Source: Ulvibacter litoralis (GTDB lineage Bacteria; Bacteroidota; Bacteroidia; Flavobacteriales; Flavobacteriaceae). Taken from it: 64,000 nt of DNA. Position numbers and translations under genes: made by a program. The notes below the pieces were generated by a model. That model was not told where the DNA came from. It worked only from the letters and a program-made list of their open reading frames with translations, and ran no database searches. The stretch spans positions 581,085 to 645,084 of the forward strand of contig NZ_FNBA01000001.1 of NCBI RefSeq assembly GCF_900102055.1. The letters run 5' to 3'. Each line of letters begins with the position of its first letter. The first letter of the stretch is position 1. Positions 46,323 to 57,154 of this stretch are shown piece by piece.

Positions 46323-47168
46323 ATGGGTGTCTATACCAACCGCGAATCTCTTTCAAATGCCCTTTTACCCTTCAGAAAAGGAAAAAAAATTGGCTTTATC
46401 CCAACGATGGGCGCTCTGCACAATGGGCACCTATCCCTTGTAAAACAAGCACTTAACGAGAATGATTGTGTGGTAGTAAGTATTTTCGTAAACCCTACAC
46501 AGTTTGACAATAAAAAGGATTTAGAAAAATACCCTAGAAACTTAGACGCAGATGTTAAATTTCTATCCCAACTAGAAGGAACCCTCTTTGTTTTTGCACC
46601 AGAAGCCTCTAATTTATATAATGGCCCAGTCATTTCTAAAAAATATACCTTCGGAAACATTGAACATGAAATGGAAGGAAAACACCGAAAAGGACATTTT
46701 GACGGTGTGGGTACCGTAGTAAATTTATTGTTTCGAGCCGTAATGCCCGATCAAGCTTATTTTGGAGAAAAAGATTTTCAGCAATTGCAAATCATTAGAA
46801 AATTAGTGGCTATTGAAAAGCTTCCTATTCGCATTGTAAACTGTCCAATTGTTAGAGAACCCAACGGTTTGGCAATGAGCTCAAGAAACAAACGCCTCAC
46901 AGAACAACAATTTAACGACGCAGTTCTTATCAACAAGACACTTTCCGAAGTAAAAGAAAAATTTAGCGCCCTTTCCATTCCAGCATTAAACAAATTGGTT
47001 GTGGAACGGTTTTTGAAAAACACTTCATTAAAAATCGAATATTTTGAAATTGCGAACGAACGAACTTTAAAAACTGCAAAAAGAAAATATAAAAACAGCA
47101 GTTATAGAGCTTTTATAGCTGTCTATGCCGGCGAAATTCGCTTGATAGACAACATGGCATTATCATAA
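46323..47168 (+). CDS. panC: pantoate--beta-alanine ligase
   Basis: IGFIPTMGALHNGHLSLV HIGH-type motif. 281 aa. Confidence 0.95.
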   Translation: MGVYTNRESLSNALLPFRKGKKIGFIPTMGALHNGHLSLVKQALNENDCVVVSIFVNPTQFDNKKDLEKYPRNLDADVKFLSQLEGTLFVFAPEASNLYNGPVISKKYTFGNIEHEMEGKHRKGHFDGVGTVVNLLFRAVMPDQAYFGEKDFQQLQIIRKLVAIEKLPIRIVNCPIVREPNGLAMSSRNKRLTEQQFNDAVLINKTLSEVKEKFSALSIPALNKLVVERFLKNTSLKIEYFEIANERTLKTAKRKYKNSSYRAFIAVYAGEIRLIDNMALS

Positions 47169-47247
47169 TTTAAGCTATATATTTTCAACGAATCGCATTT
47201 TCAAGGTCAAAATTTAGAATTGTAAACCCTTTTAGTATCTTTGCCCC

Positions 47248-47595
47248 ATGTTAATACACGTAGTAAAATCTAAAATTCACCGAGTAAAAGTTACTGGTGC
47301 AGACCTCAACTATATAGGCAGTATCACTATTGATGAAGATTTGCTGGACGCCGCCAATATTATTGAAGGTGAAAAAGTGCAAATTGTAAACAACAATAAT
47401 GGAGCACGTCTTGAAACATACGCTATTCCAGGACCTCGTGGAAGTGGCGAAATAACCCTTAATGGCGCTGCAGCTCGTAAAGTTGCCCCAGGTGACATCC
47501 TTATTTTAATCACCTACGCTATTATGGAACAAGAAGAAGCGAAAGCATTTAAACCTTCTCTTGTATTCCCAAACGACGATAATTTACTCACATAA
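47248..47595 (+). CDS. panD: aspartate 1-decarboxylase
   Basis: [29 protein letters not shown], with the Gly-Ser self-cleavage site. Confidence 0.95.
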   Translation: MLIHVVKSKIHRVKVTGADLNYIGSITIDEDLLDAANIIEGEKVQIVNNNNGARLETYAIPGPRGSGEITLNGAAARKVAPGDILILITYAIMEQEEAKAFKPSLVFPNDDNLLT

Positions 47596-47596
47596 C

Positions 47597-48562
47597 GTGA
47601 ACAAATTTCTTGGTAAATTTTTAAAAATTGCCTTACCCTTAGGGTTAGGTGTCTTTTTAATTTGGTATATCTATACCTCATTTACCCCCGAACAACTCGC
47701 CGAAACACAATCCTATTTCAGTAAAGCGAACTATGGTTTTGTACTTCTATCTGTTTTGTTCAGTATTTTAAGTCATATCTCGCGTGCGTATCGGTGGAGT
47801 TTTATACTAGAACCTCTAGGATACCGTCCAAAATTAGCAAACAGCTTCATGGCTATTTCTGTAGCCTACTTAATGAATCTTTTAATTCCGAAGAGTGGAG
47901 AAGTATCACGCGGAATTATACTCGACAAATATGAAGATGTCCCGTTCGAAAAAGGGTTCGGCACCATTATTTCTGAAAGAGTGGTAGATCTTATTTTCTT
48001 ACTTGCCTTTGCCTTAATGGCGCTAATTTTAAAATTTGACCTTCTTTCTGAATACGTCACAAATAGCATCCCGTCTAATGCAATTTACCTTCTTGTTATA
48101 GGTGGAATCTTGTTGGGTCTTGTCATTATCGCTTTTCTGAAGTTTTCCAAATCGAAAACGAACTTAAAACTTAAAAGTTTCGTCATCGGGCTGAAAGACG
48201 GCGTTTTTAGCATTCTTAAAATGAAGAAAAAGGGGGCTTTTATTTTTCATACGTTTGTAATTTGGGGACTCTACCTACTTTCGTTCTACACCGCTTTATA
48301 TGCACTCCCAGAAACCTCTCATATTGGCTTCGGAACCATTATTATTGCCTTTGTTGTTGGTAGTTTTACCTTCGCTTTTACCAACAGTGGTTTTGGGACT
48401 TATCCAGCCGCATTAGCAGGTATTTTAGCCGTATTTGGTGTCGCTAAAACAGCAGGCGTTGCTTTTGGTTGGATTGTTTGGACTTCAAACATTGCTTCCA
48501 TTTTAGTAATAGGCTGTTTATCCCTAGTATTATTACCTATTTACAACGCTTCAAAAAAATAA
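47597..48562 (+). CDS. lysylphosphatidylglycerol-synthase-like TM domain (flippase-like, UPF0104) membrane protein
   Basis: Polytopic membrane protein. The likely GTG start is just after the panD stop (VNKFLGKFLKIALPLGLGVFLIW). The listed ORF begins upstream, overlapping panD. Confidence 0.55.
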   Translation: MNKFLGKFLKIALPLGLGVFLIWYIYTSFTPEQLAETQSYFSKANYGFVLLSVLFSILSHISRAYRWSFILEPLGYRPKLANSFMAISVAYLMNLLIPKSGEVSRGIILDKYEDVPFEKGFGTIISERVVDLIFLLAFALMALILKFDLLSEYVTNSIPSNAIYLLVIGGILLGLVIIAFLKFSKSKTNLKLKSFVIGLKDGVFSILKMKKKGAFIFHTFVIWGLYLLSFYTALYALPETSHIGFGTIIIAFVVGSFTFAFTNSGFGTYPAALAGILAVFGVAKTAGVAFGWIVWTSNIASILVIGCLSLVLLPIYNASKK

Positions 48563-48626
48563 GCAGTAGCTGAAAATAGTCCGATTATAAATTTTGTTAT
48601 CTTTCAGATTGAAAAAAACATCAATT

Positions 48627-49775
48627 ATGAAAAACATACTTGTACTATTTATTTGTCTTTTGGGAAGTTTAGGTGCTTCAGGACAAATAATTTACGAAGA
48701 ATTCAATTCTACTAAACTAGGCGAATCTAGACGGTTAAAAATTCAATTACCTCGAAACTACGACAGCAATACCGAGAAAGTGTACCCAATTGTTGTGGTT
48801 CTTGATGCCGATTATCTATTTGAGCCTGTTGCAGGAAATGTAGATTACTTTAGCTATTGGGAAGACATGCCCGAATCTATTGTGGTAGGAATTATGCAAG
48901 GAGATACGCGCTATGACGATTGCTCCTACGACGAAACAAATTATTTTCCAGCAGATAAAGGTGCCGACTTTTTTGAATTTATCGGACTAGAATTGATTCC
49001 GCACATCGATAAAACCTACCGTACTGCAAAATTTGTAATCGCTGTAGGACACGATTTTACTGCAAACTTTATCAATTATTACTTATACAAAGACCCACCA
49101 TTATTTAACGGGTACATTAATTTAAGTCCAGATTTAGCTCCTGGAATTGATATGAGCCTTCCAGAACGTATTCCACACGTAAAGTCTAAAATATTTTATT
49201 ACTTGGCTACAGGAACAGACGACATTCAAGGACTTATGGAAACTGCTGAAGAACTCAACACTTCTTTAAAAGGTCTGAAAAGTGACACGTTTACCTATTT
49301 TTACGACAATTTTGAGGGCGCTACGCATTACTCCTTAGTAGCTCGAGGAATTCCAAATGCATTGGAAAAAATATTTGCGGTGTACAGACCTATAAGCAAA
49401 AAAGAATATACCGATGTGTTAATGAAAACCGAAACTCCTATTCATGAATATTTAAAAGAAAAATACAAAACGATTGAAGACCTATTCGGACTTACCAATC
49501 CAATTCGTATCAACGATTTTATTGCAACTGGACGTGCTTCTGAAAAAAGAAAACAATTAGAGTCGCTAAAAGAAATTGCCGAATTGGCTAAAAAACAATA
49601 TCCCGATTCTGTGTTAGGAAATTACTTTCTAGGACGCTATTATGAAGAGTCTGGAGAACCAAAAAAAGCAATGCGAACTTTTCAATCTGGTTTTGACAAA
49701 GAGGAAGTAGATTTTATAACCGTAGACTTATTATTAGAAAAAGCAGATAAAATAAGAACCGATTTCGGGTATTAA
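48627..49775 (+). CDS. secreted alpha/beta-hydrolase (putative esterase family) with a C-terminal TPR-like helical region
   Basis: The likely start is MKNILVLFICLLGSLGASGQ. It has a PIVVVLDADY esterase-family N-terminus and an HD catalytic candidate (VGHDF). Confidence 0.55.
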   Translation: MKNILVLFICLLGSLGASGQIIYEEFNSTKLGESRRLKIQLPRNYDSNTEKVYPIVVVLDADYLFEPVAGNVDYFSYWEDMPESIVVGIMQGDTRYDDCSYDETNYFPADKGADFFEFIGLELIPHIDKTYRTAKFVIAVGHDFTANFINYYLYKDPPLFNGYINLSPDLAPGIDMSLPERIPHVKSKIFYYLATGTDDIQGLMETAEELNTSLKGLKSDTFTYFYDNFEGATHYSLVARGIPNALEKIFAVYRPISKKEYTDVLMKTETPIHEYLKEKYKTIEDLFGLTNPIRINDFIATGRASEKRKQLESLKEIAELAKKQYPDSVLGNYFLGRYYEESGEPKKAMRTFQSGFDKEEVDFITVDLLLEKADKIRTDFGY

Positions 49776-49946
49776 TTTCTTTTCCTTCTGAAAAATAAAA
49801 AAGCTGTCTAAAAAGTAATTTTTAAGTCTGTTCGAACACAATCGAGAACTTAAATTTATGATGGTCAATCAGATTCGACCCCACTCGACCTGATACATTG
49901 ATAAATCATTTCTTTTTAAACAGCTTCTTTTACAACTGGTTAGTTA

Positions 49947-52900
49947 TTAGTTTTTAATTAGTTGTTTTGTTATCGTTCCTACTGAAGATTTTAAAACCAC
50001 AAAATACGTCGCACTAGATAATGTTGAAACGTCTATCGTTTTATTCTCTTTTGTTTGTTCCAAATTTGAGTGCAATAACACTCTTCCTGTCGCATCATAA
50101 ATATCAATCTCTTGTAACAATACTCCATAAGGCACACTAATAGTTAATTGGTCCTGTGCAGGATTTGGAAACAAGCTTATTCTATTTAACATATTATCGG
50201 TTGTTCCTAAAATTTCAGATTTAAACTGAAGTATAAATCGGTTGTTATAGGTTCCTGCTGTGGCTGTAAATTGATAATCACTCTCCGATAAGTTGGTTGT
50301 AATTCCTAAATACGTATCTACTAAATAAACGGTGGAAGCTTCTAACGCCAAGCCTTCCATATTTGCAATGGAAATAATATACGGCAAGCCTTCATCTACT
50401 TCTAATTGTGTAGAAAATCCGAGAGGAATATAACTGTCAGCATCAAAAGCTTCTCGCGATTGGATGCTAAATTCGCCACTTCCATCTTCTAGATGCGAGT
50501 ACAACGAAACTACCGTTGCCAACCTTCTACTATCGTATCCATTATCGATACCTGCGGTAGCATTTTCAGTAAAACCAATTAAAGCCGTATTTTGCATCGT
50601 ATAGGTTCTATTCTGAACTGAAAGCCAAATTTTATTTACTTCGGAATCATCAAAACGAAGTGTATTGTTATTAGACAATCTACGCATCGAATTGGTAAAT
50701 AGTGCCGATCCTGAAGCAGTTGCTTTAATTCCAAACCCTTGCCCTGTTGAAATAAAGCCGTCAGGTTCAGAATCTACTCCTGAAGGATCACTGGCAGCAG
50801 CAACACCTCCCATTAAATTATACATAGAAATATCCTCCATGCTAAAATTCATTCCGTTATACCCCGGAAGTGAAGCATTTGGAGACGTAAAATGTTCCCA
50901 AAAATAAACCTCATCTACCATTGCATTTTGATTAATAAAATCGGTAGCGGAGATGGATGAAGCATACGGATTTGCTAAAATATTCGGACTGTCATTTTTT
51001 GTGGTGTTATACGCTACTGGAAACGAAATGTCCCCATTATTCAAGGTTCCTTCAGAATATACCAAATCGTACGAGGTGTCTCCATCGGTGATCGACGCTT
51101 GAGGCCAAACTAAAAACCCTTCCGAAGCATTAATAACCCCAGTGTATAGCGACCAATTATCTCCATTGTCGTCTGCAAAATTTTCAGCATCAGGAAATGC
51201 AGCTGCAACCGTTGCATCTGGAACAAAATTAGCAGTAGTATGATGTAAAACTCTAAAAGCATTTCCGAAGACATCGTCTCTTGTTTCCGAATCCATCGGA
51301 CTCCCAAGTACCATAAAATCTCTTGGTTTTAGAACTGGTGTGGTTACATTTACATTGATATCGCCATTATTAAGTGCTATGGCGTCAGCATCACGTTGCA
51401 CTAAATTTCCTTGATGATTTACATTTAGGGTTCCATTTACATTTACCCCATACCCTACTTCAATATAATCATCTGCCTCAACGGTCACTACTACTCCGGT
51501 GTCGATATACAATGAACACGCAGAGAAACTACCAAAATCTTCTGTGTTATAATTCACTCGAATAATTGCATTAGTCGTTAAATTTGGCTCGGTTGGCGAC
51601 CATATTCCAGAAATAAATTCGGTAGTAGCATTACAACTAGCCAAAGGCGCTTCAATGGCTTGAATTCTGAAAGTAATTTCATTCGCTAAATCCGCTCGTT
51701 TTGATAAACGTATATAATATGTGGTTCCTGCAGTTAAACTAAAAAACAATCCGTCATCAGAAAAACAACTCAATTCTGTACCACCACAACTATCAAAAAG
51801 AGAGACACCTTCTGAATTTGAAATATTTGACACTTCTATATTTCCATCTACAGGCATTACAAACTCATACCAAAAATCTAAATTAACAATAGATGTATTA
51901 TCACAACTAGCATTCATACTTTCGGTGGCTCTTCTAAAATCGTTGGTATATTCTGAATAGGTTACAACCCCCACATCTATAAACGAAGCTGAAGCGCAAG
52001 TATCGTTTTCTAATGCTTCAAAAGCCTGCAAATCAAAAGAAGAGTTATTTGCAAAAAGGGTTCGTTCGGCATAGCGCAATACATAGGTTGTACTTTCAGT
52101 TAAGCCATAAAAGAAATCATTCCCAGTAAAACAATACAACTCTGTTCCCTCACAGGCATCGTACAAAGTAAAGGTTTCAGTATTTGCGGCATCAGTAATA
52201 CGAATATTACCCGTAACAGGCATGGTAAACTCATACCATACATCTAAAAAATCAATAGAAGTTGAGGTTTCACAATTGGTCACAAAATCGGGAGCTGTAG
52301 GACTAGCAGCACTAAAATCAGCGCTTACTGTTGTAGTGGCAGCCGTAGTAACCGAAATTGTTTCCTTATTTTCACAATCGTCATTTGCGATACTAGTATA
52401 TGCCTGAATATCAAAATCAGAGCTATTCGCGAAAAGTGTTCGCTCCGCATATCGCAACACGTAAGTGGTGTCTTCAGTTAAATTATAAAAGAAATCATTC
52501 CCAGAAAAGCAGTGTAACTCTGTGCCTTCACAGGCGTCATACAAGGTAAAGGTCTCTGTATTTGCAGCATTTGAAATTTGAATATTACCCGCAACAGGCA
52601 TGGTAAACTCATACCATACATCTAAAAAGTCAATAGAAGTTGAAGTTTCACAGTTGGTCACAAAATCGGGAGCAGTAGGACTAGCCGAACTAAAATCGGC
52701 ACTTACTGTTGTAGCCGCAGCAGTAGTAACTGAAATTGTTTCCTTATTTGCACAATCGTCATTTGCGATACTAGTATATGCTTGAATATCAAAATCAGAG
52801 CTATTCGCGAAAAGTGTTCGCTCCGCATATCGCAACACATAAGTGGTGTCTTCGGTTAAATTATAAAAGAAATCATTCCCAGAAAAGCAGTGTAACTCTG

Positions 52901-53966
52901 TGCCTTCACAGGCATCATACAAGGTAAAGGTCTCTGAACTTGCGGCATTTGAAATTTGAATATTACCCGCAACAGGCATGGTAAACTCATACCATACATC
53001 TAAATAGTCGGCAGAAGTTGAGGTTTCACAACTGGTTATAAAGTCTGGAGCGGTAGGAGTTGCCGCGCTAAAATCTGTACTTACGGTTATAGGTGCAGTC
53101 GTCGTAACGGAAATTGTCTCTCTATCTAAACAATCATCATTTGCGATACTGGCATATGCCTGAATATTAAAATTGGAGTCGTTTGCATAAAGGGTTCGTT
53201 CTGCATATCGCAACACATAAGTCGTACTCTCCGTTAAATTATAGATGTATCCACCACCAAAAAAACAGCGTAATTCTGTTCCTTCACAAGCATCGTACAA
53301 CGTAAATGACTCCGTACCCCCTGCATTTGAAATTTGAATATTTCCATCAACTGGCATCGTAAATTCATACCAAACATCTAAATAATCGGTAGAAGTTGAG
53401 GTTTCACAACTGGTTATAAAGTCTGGAGCGGTAGGAGTTGCCGCGCTAAAATTGGCATTTACTGTTGTCGTGGTAGCTGTCGTAACCGAAATGGTTTCCC
53501 GATCGGAACAATCGTCATTTGCAATAGTAGCATATGCCTGAATATTAAAACTAGAGTTATTTGCGTATAGTGTACGCTCTGCATATCGCAGCACATAAGT
53601 CGTACTCACCGTTAAATCATAGATGTATCCACCACCAAAAAAACAGCGTAATTCTGTTCCTTCACAAGCATCGTACAACGTAAATGACTCCGTACCTCCT
53701 GCATTGGAAATTTGAATATTTCCATCAACTGGCATCGTAAACTCATACCAAACATCTAGATAGTCAGCCGAAATTGAGGTTTCACAGTTGGTTAGAAAAT
53801 CTGCCGCAGTAGGAGTCGCTGTTCCAAGAGCAGCCGATGTGTTTGTTGTCCCCGTTGTTGTTACGGTAATGCTAATTCTATCAGCACACGCATCATTAAT
53901 GGGGGTTTGCGCAAAAGTTTGAAAGGAACTAAAAAAAAGAAAAAGTAGTAGTAAAGGTGTTTTCAT
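49947..53966 (-). CDS. giant secreted T9SS substrate: signal peptide, 6x 126-aa Cys-containing tandem repeats, a beta-helix-like region and a C-terminal Por/T9SS sorting domain
   Basis: 1339-aa ORF with signal peptide MKTPLLLLFLFFSSFQTFAQ. The repeats begin at aa 24, 150, 276, 402, 528 and 654. The C-terminal 80 aa (FPNPAQDQLTISVPYG...YFVVLKSSVGTITKQLIKN) match the T9SS CTD. Confidence 0.85.
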   Translation of the reverse strand: MKTPLLLLFLFFSSFQTFAQTPINDACADRISITVTTTGTTNTSAALGTATPTAADFLTNCETSISADYLDVWYEFTMPVDGNIQISNAGGTESFTLYDACEGTELRCFFGGGYIYDLTVSTTYVLRYAERTLYANNSSFNIQAYATIANDDCSDRETISVTTATTTTVNANFSAATPTAPDFITSCETSTSTDYLDVWYEFTMPVDGNIQISNAGGTESFTLYDACEGTELRCFFGGGYIYNLTESTTYVLRYAERTLYANDSNFNIQAYASIANDDCLDRETISVTTTAPITVSTDFSAATPTAPDFITSCETSTSADYLDVWYEFTMPVAGNIQISNAASSETFTLYDACEGTELHCFSGNDFFYNLTEDTTYVLRYAERTLFANSSDFDIQAYTSIANDDCANKETISVTTAAATTVSADFSSASPTAPDFVTNCETSTSIDFLDVWYEFTMPVAGNIQISNAANTETFTLYDACEGTELHCFSGNDFFYNLTEDTTYVLRYAERTLFANSSDFDIQAYTSIANDDCENKETISVTTAATTTVSADFSAASPTAPDFVTNCETSTSIDFLDVWYEFTMPVTGNIRITDAANTETFTLYDACEGTELYCFTGNDFFYGLTESTTYVLRYAERTLFANNSSFDLQAFEALENDTCASASFIDVGVVTYSEYTNDFRRATESMNASCDNTSIVNLDFWYEFVMPVDGNIEVSNISNSEGVSLFDSCGGTELSCFSDDGLFFSLTAGTTYYIRLSKRADLANEITFRIQAIEAPLASCNATTEFISGIWSPTEPNLTTNAIIRVNYNTEDFGSFSACSLYIDTGVVVTVEADDYIEVGYGVNVNGTLNVNHQGNLVQRDADAIALNNGDINVNVTTPVLKPRDFMVLGSPMDSETRDDVFGNAFRVLHHTTANFVPDATVAAAFPDAENFADDNGDNWSLYTGVINASEGFLVWPQASITDGDTSYDLVYSEGTLNNGDISFPVAYNTTKNDSPNILANPYASSISATDFINQNAMVDEVYFWEHFTSPNASLPGYNGMNFSMEDISMYNLMGGVAAASDPSGVDSEPDGFISTGQGFGIKATASGSALFTNSMRRLSNNNTLRFDDSEVNKIWLSVQNRTYTMQNTALIGFTENATAGIDNGYDSRRLATVVSLYSHLEDGSGEFSIQSREAFDADSYIPLGFSTQLEVDEGLPYIISIANMEGLALEASTVYLVDTYLGITTNLSESDYQFTATAGTYNNRFILQFKSEILGTTDNMLNRISLFPNPAQDQLTISVPYGVLLQEIDIYDATGRVLLHSNLEQTKENKTIDVSTLSSATYFVVLKSSVGTITKQLIKN
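51627..53897. repeat. in-frame 378-bp tandem repeat array (6 units; units 1-5 nearly identical, unit 6 diverged) inside the giant T9SS protein gene
   Basis: The artefactual plus-strand ORFs 52222..52407 and 52600..52785 are near-identical and 378 bp apart. Protein repeats are NDDC(S/L/A/E)(D/N)(R/K)ETISVTT...DVWYEFTMPV.GNI...TLYDACEGTEL.CF...YVLRYAERTL(Y/F)AN.S.F(N/D)IQAY.SIA. Confidence 0.9.
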
Positions 53967-54297
53967 ACGATAGTTTTTAGAAAAAATTAAAAAACAGCTT
54001 ACTTAAAAAAACAACTCCAACCATAAGGAAGAAGCTATTTACTGTGAGGAGTTTAGACGACCAATATTATAAAAAAAGAAAAGAAAATTGCTCACTGAAA
54101 TCTAAGAGAGATAAAAAGTACCTGTTTTCAGTTAGGAAAAATCGTACACAAAAAACCCTTTTACAATAAAGTAAAAGGGTTCTAATTTGGTTAGTCACTA
54201 AATCTTATAAACAAATGTAAACTTTAACACTTGCAATATAGAGTTAAGTATCATAGCATGATATACGTATAATCACGTATTTACTACGTGTATGCTC

Positions 54298-54948
54298 TTA
54301 GAGTTCTAAAATCACATTTCTATTCGATATCACCCAATTAATCAACGAATTACTTCCCTTTTCTAGGTTTAATTTCACAATAATATTGCTTCGGTGTTTT
54401 TCAATGGTTCGAGTTGAGACACATAATGATTCTGCTATTTCGTTATTTTTCTTTTGAAGTGCGGCTAATTTTAAAATGGTTACTTCGGAAGGTGTTAATA
54501 GGCTCAATTTTTTTACTTCTTCGGAAGCTTCATTAACAATACTATTTCTAAAAGAGGAACTAAAATAAACGCGATTGTTCAAAACCGATTCCATACATTT
54601 TTCAATCTCCAAAAAGGAATCTTCTTTTAATAGATACCCTTCAATTTGAAGCGTTTTTGCCTGTGCAATATAGGACGTCTCTTTATGAAATGACAATACA
54701 ATAAACTTTGTTGTAACCCCTTTTTCCTTTGCTTTTTTAATCACCTCAAAACCGGTTAACAAAGGCATATCTATATCTAACAAGGCCAACGTTGGCTCAT
54801 TTGTTAGTATTTCTTCTAGAGCTTTCATTCCGTTTGAGACACTATTTATAACCCAATACCCATTTTCTATTAACTCGTCATTCAAGCCTTTTAAAAGTAT
54901 TGGATGGTCGTCTGCAATTAGTATGGATACCTTTTTCTTCTCAATCAT
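54298..54948 (-). CDS. LuxR/NarL-family response regulator
   Basis: REC domain (ILIADDHPILLKGL...LLDIDMP) and a C-terminal LuxR HTH (EIAESLCVSTRTIEKHRSNI). It overlaps the upstream HK by 4 bp. Confidence 0.9.
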   Translation of the reverse strand: MIEKKKVSILIADDHPILLKGLNDELIENGYWVINSVSNGMKALEEILTNEPTLALLDIDMPLLTGFEVIKKAKEKGVTTKFIVLSFHKETSYIAQAKTLQIEGYLLKEDSFLEIEKCMESVLNNRVYFSSSFRNSIVNEASEEVKKLSLLTPSEVTILKLAALQKKNNEIAESLCVSTRTIEKHRSNIIVKLNLEKGSNSLINWVISNRNVILEL

Positions 54949-56969
54949 TTAAACGTAGGAATTATTAATTGGATTGTTGTTCCTTGATTATTTTTACTGC
55001 GAATATCTAAGCTCGACTTTATAATTTTGGCGCGCTCCATTAGGGTTTTCATCCCTAGACTTGTGGCTAGCTTTAGTTTTTCAGAATATTCAAAACCTTT
55101 TCCATTATCTACAATTATGGCCTCAACGGCATTGTTTCGGTACTCAATAGTTACTGAAGCCGATTTTGCTTCAGCATGTTTTACCATATTATTTAAAACT
55201 TCTTGTAAAATTCTATAAAGATGTAACGATGTTTCTTTCGATAATAAATCGTCTATATTTTCAATTTCATTGGTGAAAAATATATTCGTGTTTGCATCTA
55301 CTTCATTAACCATCGATATAATTGCCTCTGTAATCCCTAGTTTTTCTAACGTGATGGGATGCAATCCTCTAGAGATACTACGTAATTCTTCCAACGTATT
55401 TCCCGCCAGGCAATCTATTTCAAAATCGCCAAAGCGTTTGGCTTGCTTGGTTAACAACATTAATTTTTGTCCAACACTATCGTGAAGTTCACGAGCTACT
55501 CTTGTGCGTTCTTCTTCTTGCGCTTTTATTAAGTCTTGTGAAAAGTCTTCTTGTAATTTTTGACGTTTTCTCGCGGCATTTCTAGATCGTGCCAAAACAA
55601 CAACGGCAAAAAATGCCAACATTCCTATACCCCCAAAAAGAATTAACTGATTTTTAATTTTATTTTGTGCATCTAACAGCGCAATATCACGCTGTTGTGC
55701 TTGAATTTTAGCATCTCTCTTCTCTGTTTCATAAAGAGTTTGGTAATACGACAACCCTCTTACTTTTTGAACATTTCCAATCGAGTCTTTTAATGCTTCA
55801 TAATTTTTAAAATGAGCATACGCTAAAGTATTATTCCCAAGAGCTTCATACACATCGGCTAGAAACTTTTCTCCTCGTTGAATTTCCTCAAAATGTGAGC
55901 CTTCTTTTTTAATAGAAAGATGCTCCTTACCGTATATTAAAGCATTAGCATAATCTTTTTTCGCAAAAGCTAAGTGTTTTAAAGCGTCTAGATAGGGCTC
56001 TTTATTTTTTCCTTGCGTGTTTTGTTCTGGAGACTTCTCAATTTCTTTTATATAAGATTCGGCAACAGAAACACTGTCTATTTTCGAATAAGCAATAGAC
56101 AGTCCTGCTAATAACATGGCTTCGTAATATTCCGGACTTCTCGATTTTTTTGAAGCGTCTAAGGCTAATTTTAATTCTTTAATTTGCTCTTCATTATTTC
56201 CTTGTTTACCAGCGTCTGTTGCAGCATTGTAATAAAAGGAAACCAAATGTCCCTCACTTTTAATTTTTTTGGCAAGTACAATAGCTTCATCTCTTTCTGC
56301 TTTTGCTTCTTTAAAAAAATTATTCTGACTGTATAACACTGACAAGGAATTCCTCGAGCTAATAATATTGAAGGTGTCATTTGTTTTCTGAAAAATCTTT
56401 CGAGCTTCTTGTAGCAATCGAGATGATTCAGAAAAATCTCCCCAATTACTCAATGTAGCTGCTTTGTATAGCTTTGCCAAACCTACAAACCGATCGTCTT
56501 TCGCTTTTACAGCATTCGTTTCAGCCAAATCATAATATCCAATGGAGTTGTCATAATCTTCAAGAAAAAAGAAACTATCGCCGCCTTCAATATAAAATTT
56601 CGCCAACGCTGTATAATCTTTAGTTTTTTCGGATGTTTCTAAAAAATCTAAAAAAAGTTGCTTTCCCTTTTCTGGATTTCCTTTAATATTATTCTGAAAA
56701 AAAATAAGGTTCGCTGTTTGCCAAGTTGCAATACCAATCGAATCTATTTCTAAAGCGTATTGAACCGTAGCTTTAACAATTGAATCATTTTCAAAATTTG
56801 TATTGGAAGAGATATAATTAGACAAACTGTCCATTAATTGAAGCTTTTCCCCTTTATGAGATTGCTCAATTTTAAGAAGTAATGTGGCTATTTCTTTTTC
56901 TGAATCATCCTCTTGACCAGAAACGATCGTACAAAGTAATAGCACGAAAAATAATATCGTTTTTTTCAC
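54945..56969 (-). CDS. TPR-repeat sensor histidine kinase (signal peptide - TPRs - TM - HisKA_3 - HATPase_c), partner of the LuxR regulator
   Basis: 674-aa ORF. HisKA_3 H-box ELHDSVGQKL. The ATPase domain includes DNGKGF. There are multiple TPR-like helices before the TM (GGIGMLAFFAVVVLA). Confidence 0.85.
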   Translation of the reverse strand: MKKTILFFVLLLCTIVSGQEDDSEKEIATLLLKIEQSHKGEKLQLMDSLSNYISSNTNFENDSIVKATVQYALEIDSIGIATWQTANLIFFQNNIKGNPEKGKQLFLDFLETSEKTKDYTALAKFYIEGGDSFFFLEDYDNSIGYYDLAETNAVKAKDDRFVGLAKLYKAATLSNWGDFSESSRLLQEARKIFQKTNDTFNIISSRNSLSVLYSQNNFFKEAKAERDEAIVLAKKIKSEGHLVSFYYNAATDAGKQGNNEEQIKELKLALDASKKSRSPEYYEAMLLAGLSIAYSKIDSVSVAESYIKEIEKSPEQNTQGKNKEPYLDALKHLAFAKKDYANALIYGKEHLSIKKEGSHFEEIQRGEKFLADVYEALGNNTLAYAHFKNYEALKDSIGNVQKVRGLSYYQTLYETEKRDAKIQAQQRDIALLDAQNKIKNQLILFGGIGMLAFFAVVVLARSRNAARKRQKLQEDFSQDLIKAQEEERTRVARELHDSVGQKLMLLTKQAKRFGDFEIDCLAGNTLEELRSISRGLHPITLEKLGITEAIISMVNEVDANTNIFFTNEIENIDDLLSKETSLHLYRILQEVLNNMVKHAEAKSASVTIEYRNNAVEAIIVDNGKGFEYSEKLKLATSLGMKTLMERAKIIKSSLDIRSKNNQGTTIQLIIPTFK

Positions 56970-57154
56970 GGGGAGTAAATCAATTAGTTAGTACTCACAA
57001 ATATATCACTTTTAAGCTCAATCCCTTTTAAGTATAAATACGTATATTCTAAGTTAAAAAAGAGGGTTTCAATTTGCAAATTCAAAATCTGGAATAATGC
57101 GATTTAATTTTCTTTACTACGCAGGTAAATATTGCTACTTTAGCTGAACGAATT

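Noticed and set aside
52222-52785. Two nearly identical 61-aa plus-strand ORFs (52222..52407, 52600..52785)
   Set aside because: By-products of the 378-bp tandem repeat on the antisense strand of the giant T9SS gene. They are useful only as evidence of the repeat period.
51627-53897. Possibility that the regular repeats are a CRISPR array
   Set aside because: The units are 378 bp, contiguous without unique spacers, in-frame and inside a long ORF that has a signal peptide and a T9SS CTD. No cas genes are nearby.
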